A DNA stretch of 64,000 bases from the NCBI RefSeq assembly GCF_022045235.1, contig NW_027266297.1, positions 19,468,001 through 19,532,000 on the forward strand. The letters are read 5' to 3'. Positions within the stretch are counted from its first letter, which is position 1, and each line of letters opens with the position of its first letter. The notes below the pieces were generated by a model. It was given only the letters and a program-made list of their open reading frames with translations. It was not told the origin of the DNA and did no database searches. Position numbers and translations under genes: made by a program. The stretch comes from Haliotis cracherodii. Taxonomy: Eukaryota. Below are positions 63,803-64,000 of this stretch, piece by piece.

Positions 63803-64000
63803 ATAAGTCGAAAGTTCTTTGATGTGGGACAAAGAATGTCTGAACATGCGCCGTGGGTGTCTTGTCGGATCCATCATCCAGTCCTGGCGGACTTGTGTCC
63901 CCATCATGGTGCCAACAGGCGCCATGATTGCAGGAAATGGCATGTTTGATTGGGGACCTCTACCCTGTCTGTTTGTATTGGCGCGATGTCGTCGTTCTTT
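63803..64000 (-). CDS. TEX56-like gene, exon running off the window end (KERRHRAN...HIKELSTY)
   Basis: 66 open codons ending at TAT|gtaagt, phase 0. Confidence 0.65.

Overview
Repeat-rich eukaryotic (invertebrate) genomic DNA with GT-AG introns and two short assembly gaps. The SINE set and gene content suggest a mollusc, probably a gastropod such as abalone (inference, not verified). Four host genes are supported. (1) The 2.26-kb last exon of a GAREM-like CABIT+SAM adaptor (+, 10851-13114). (2) A lysine-rich uncharacterised protein (-, 33422-34216) with candidate non-coding upstream exons and a CRE/E-box cluster. (3) A complete 9-exon, 543-aa papain-family (C1A) cathepsin of the 26/29-kDa-proteinase/CfaD type (+, 39395-53635), with CLEAR/M-box motifs just upstream of its ATG. 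(4) The last four exons of a TEX56/C6orf201 (DUF4523)-like gene (-, 59388 to beyond 64000). The rest is dominated by four short retroposon families that share one 3' tail (three with tRNA-derived heads, one with a structured non-tRNA head), decayed mariner, MULE and LINE fragments, several MITEs, and six minisatellite arrays, two with higher-order structure and one apparently derived from a retroposon head. Most ORFs in the supplied track are spurious translations of these repeats. No CRISPR array, rRNA or convincing tRNA gene was seen. The best lead for something undescribed is the pseudoknot-like, non-tRNA 5' head of retroposon family C. Coordinates of degenerate repeats are approximate.
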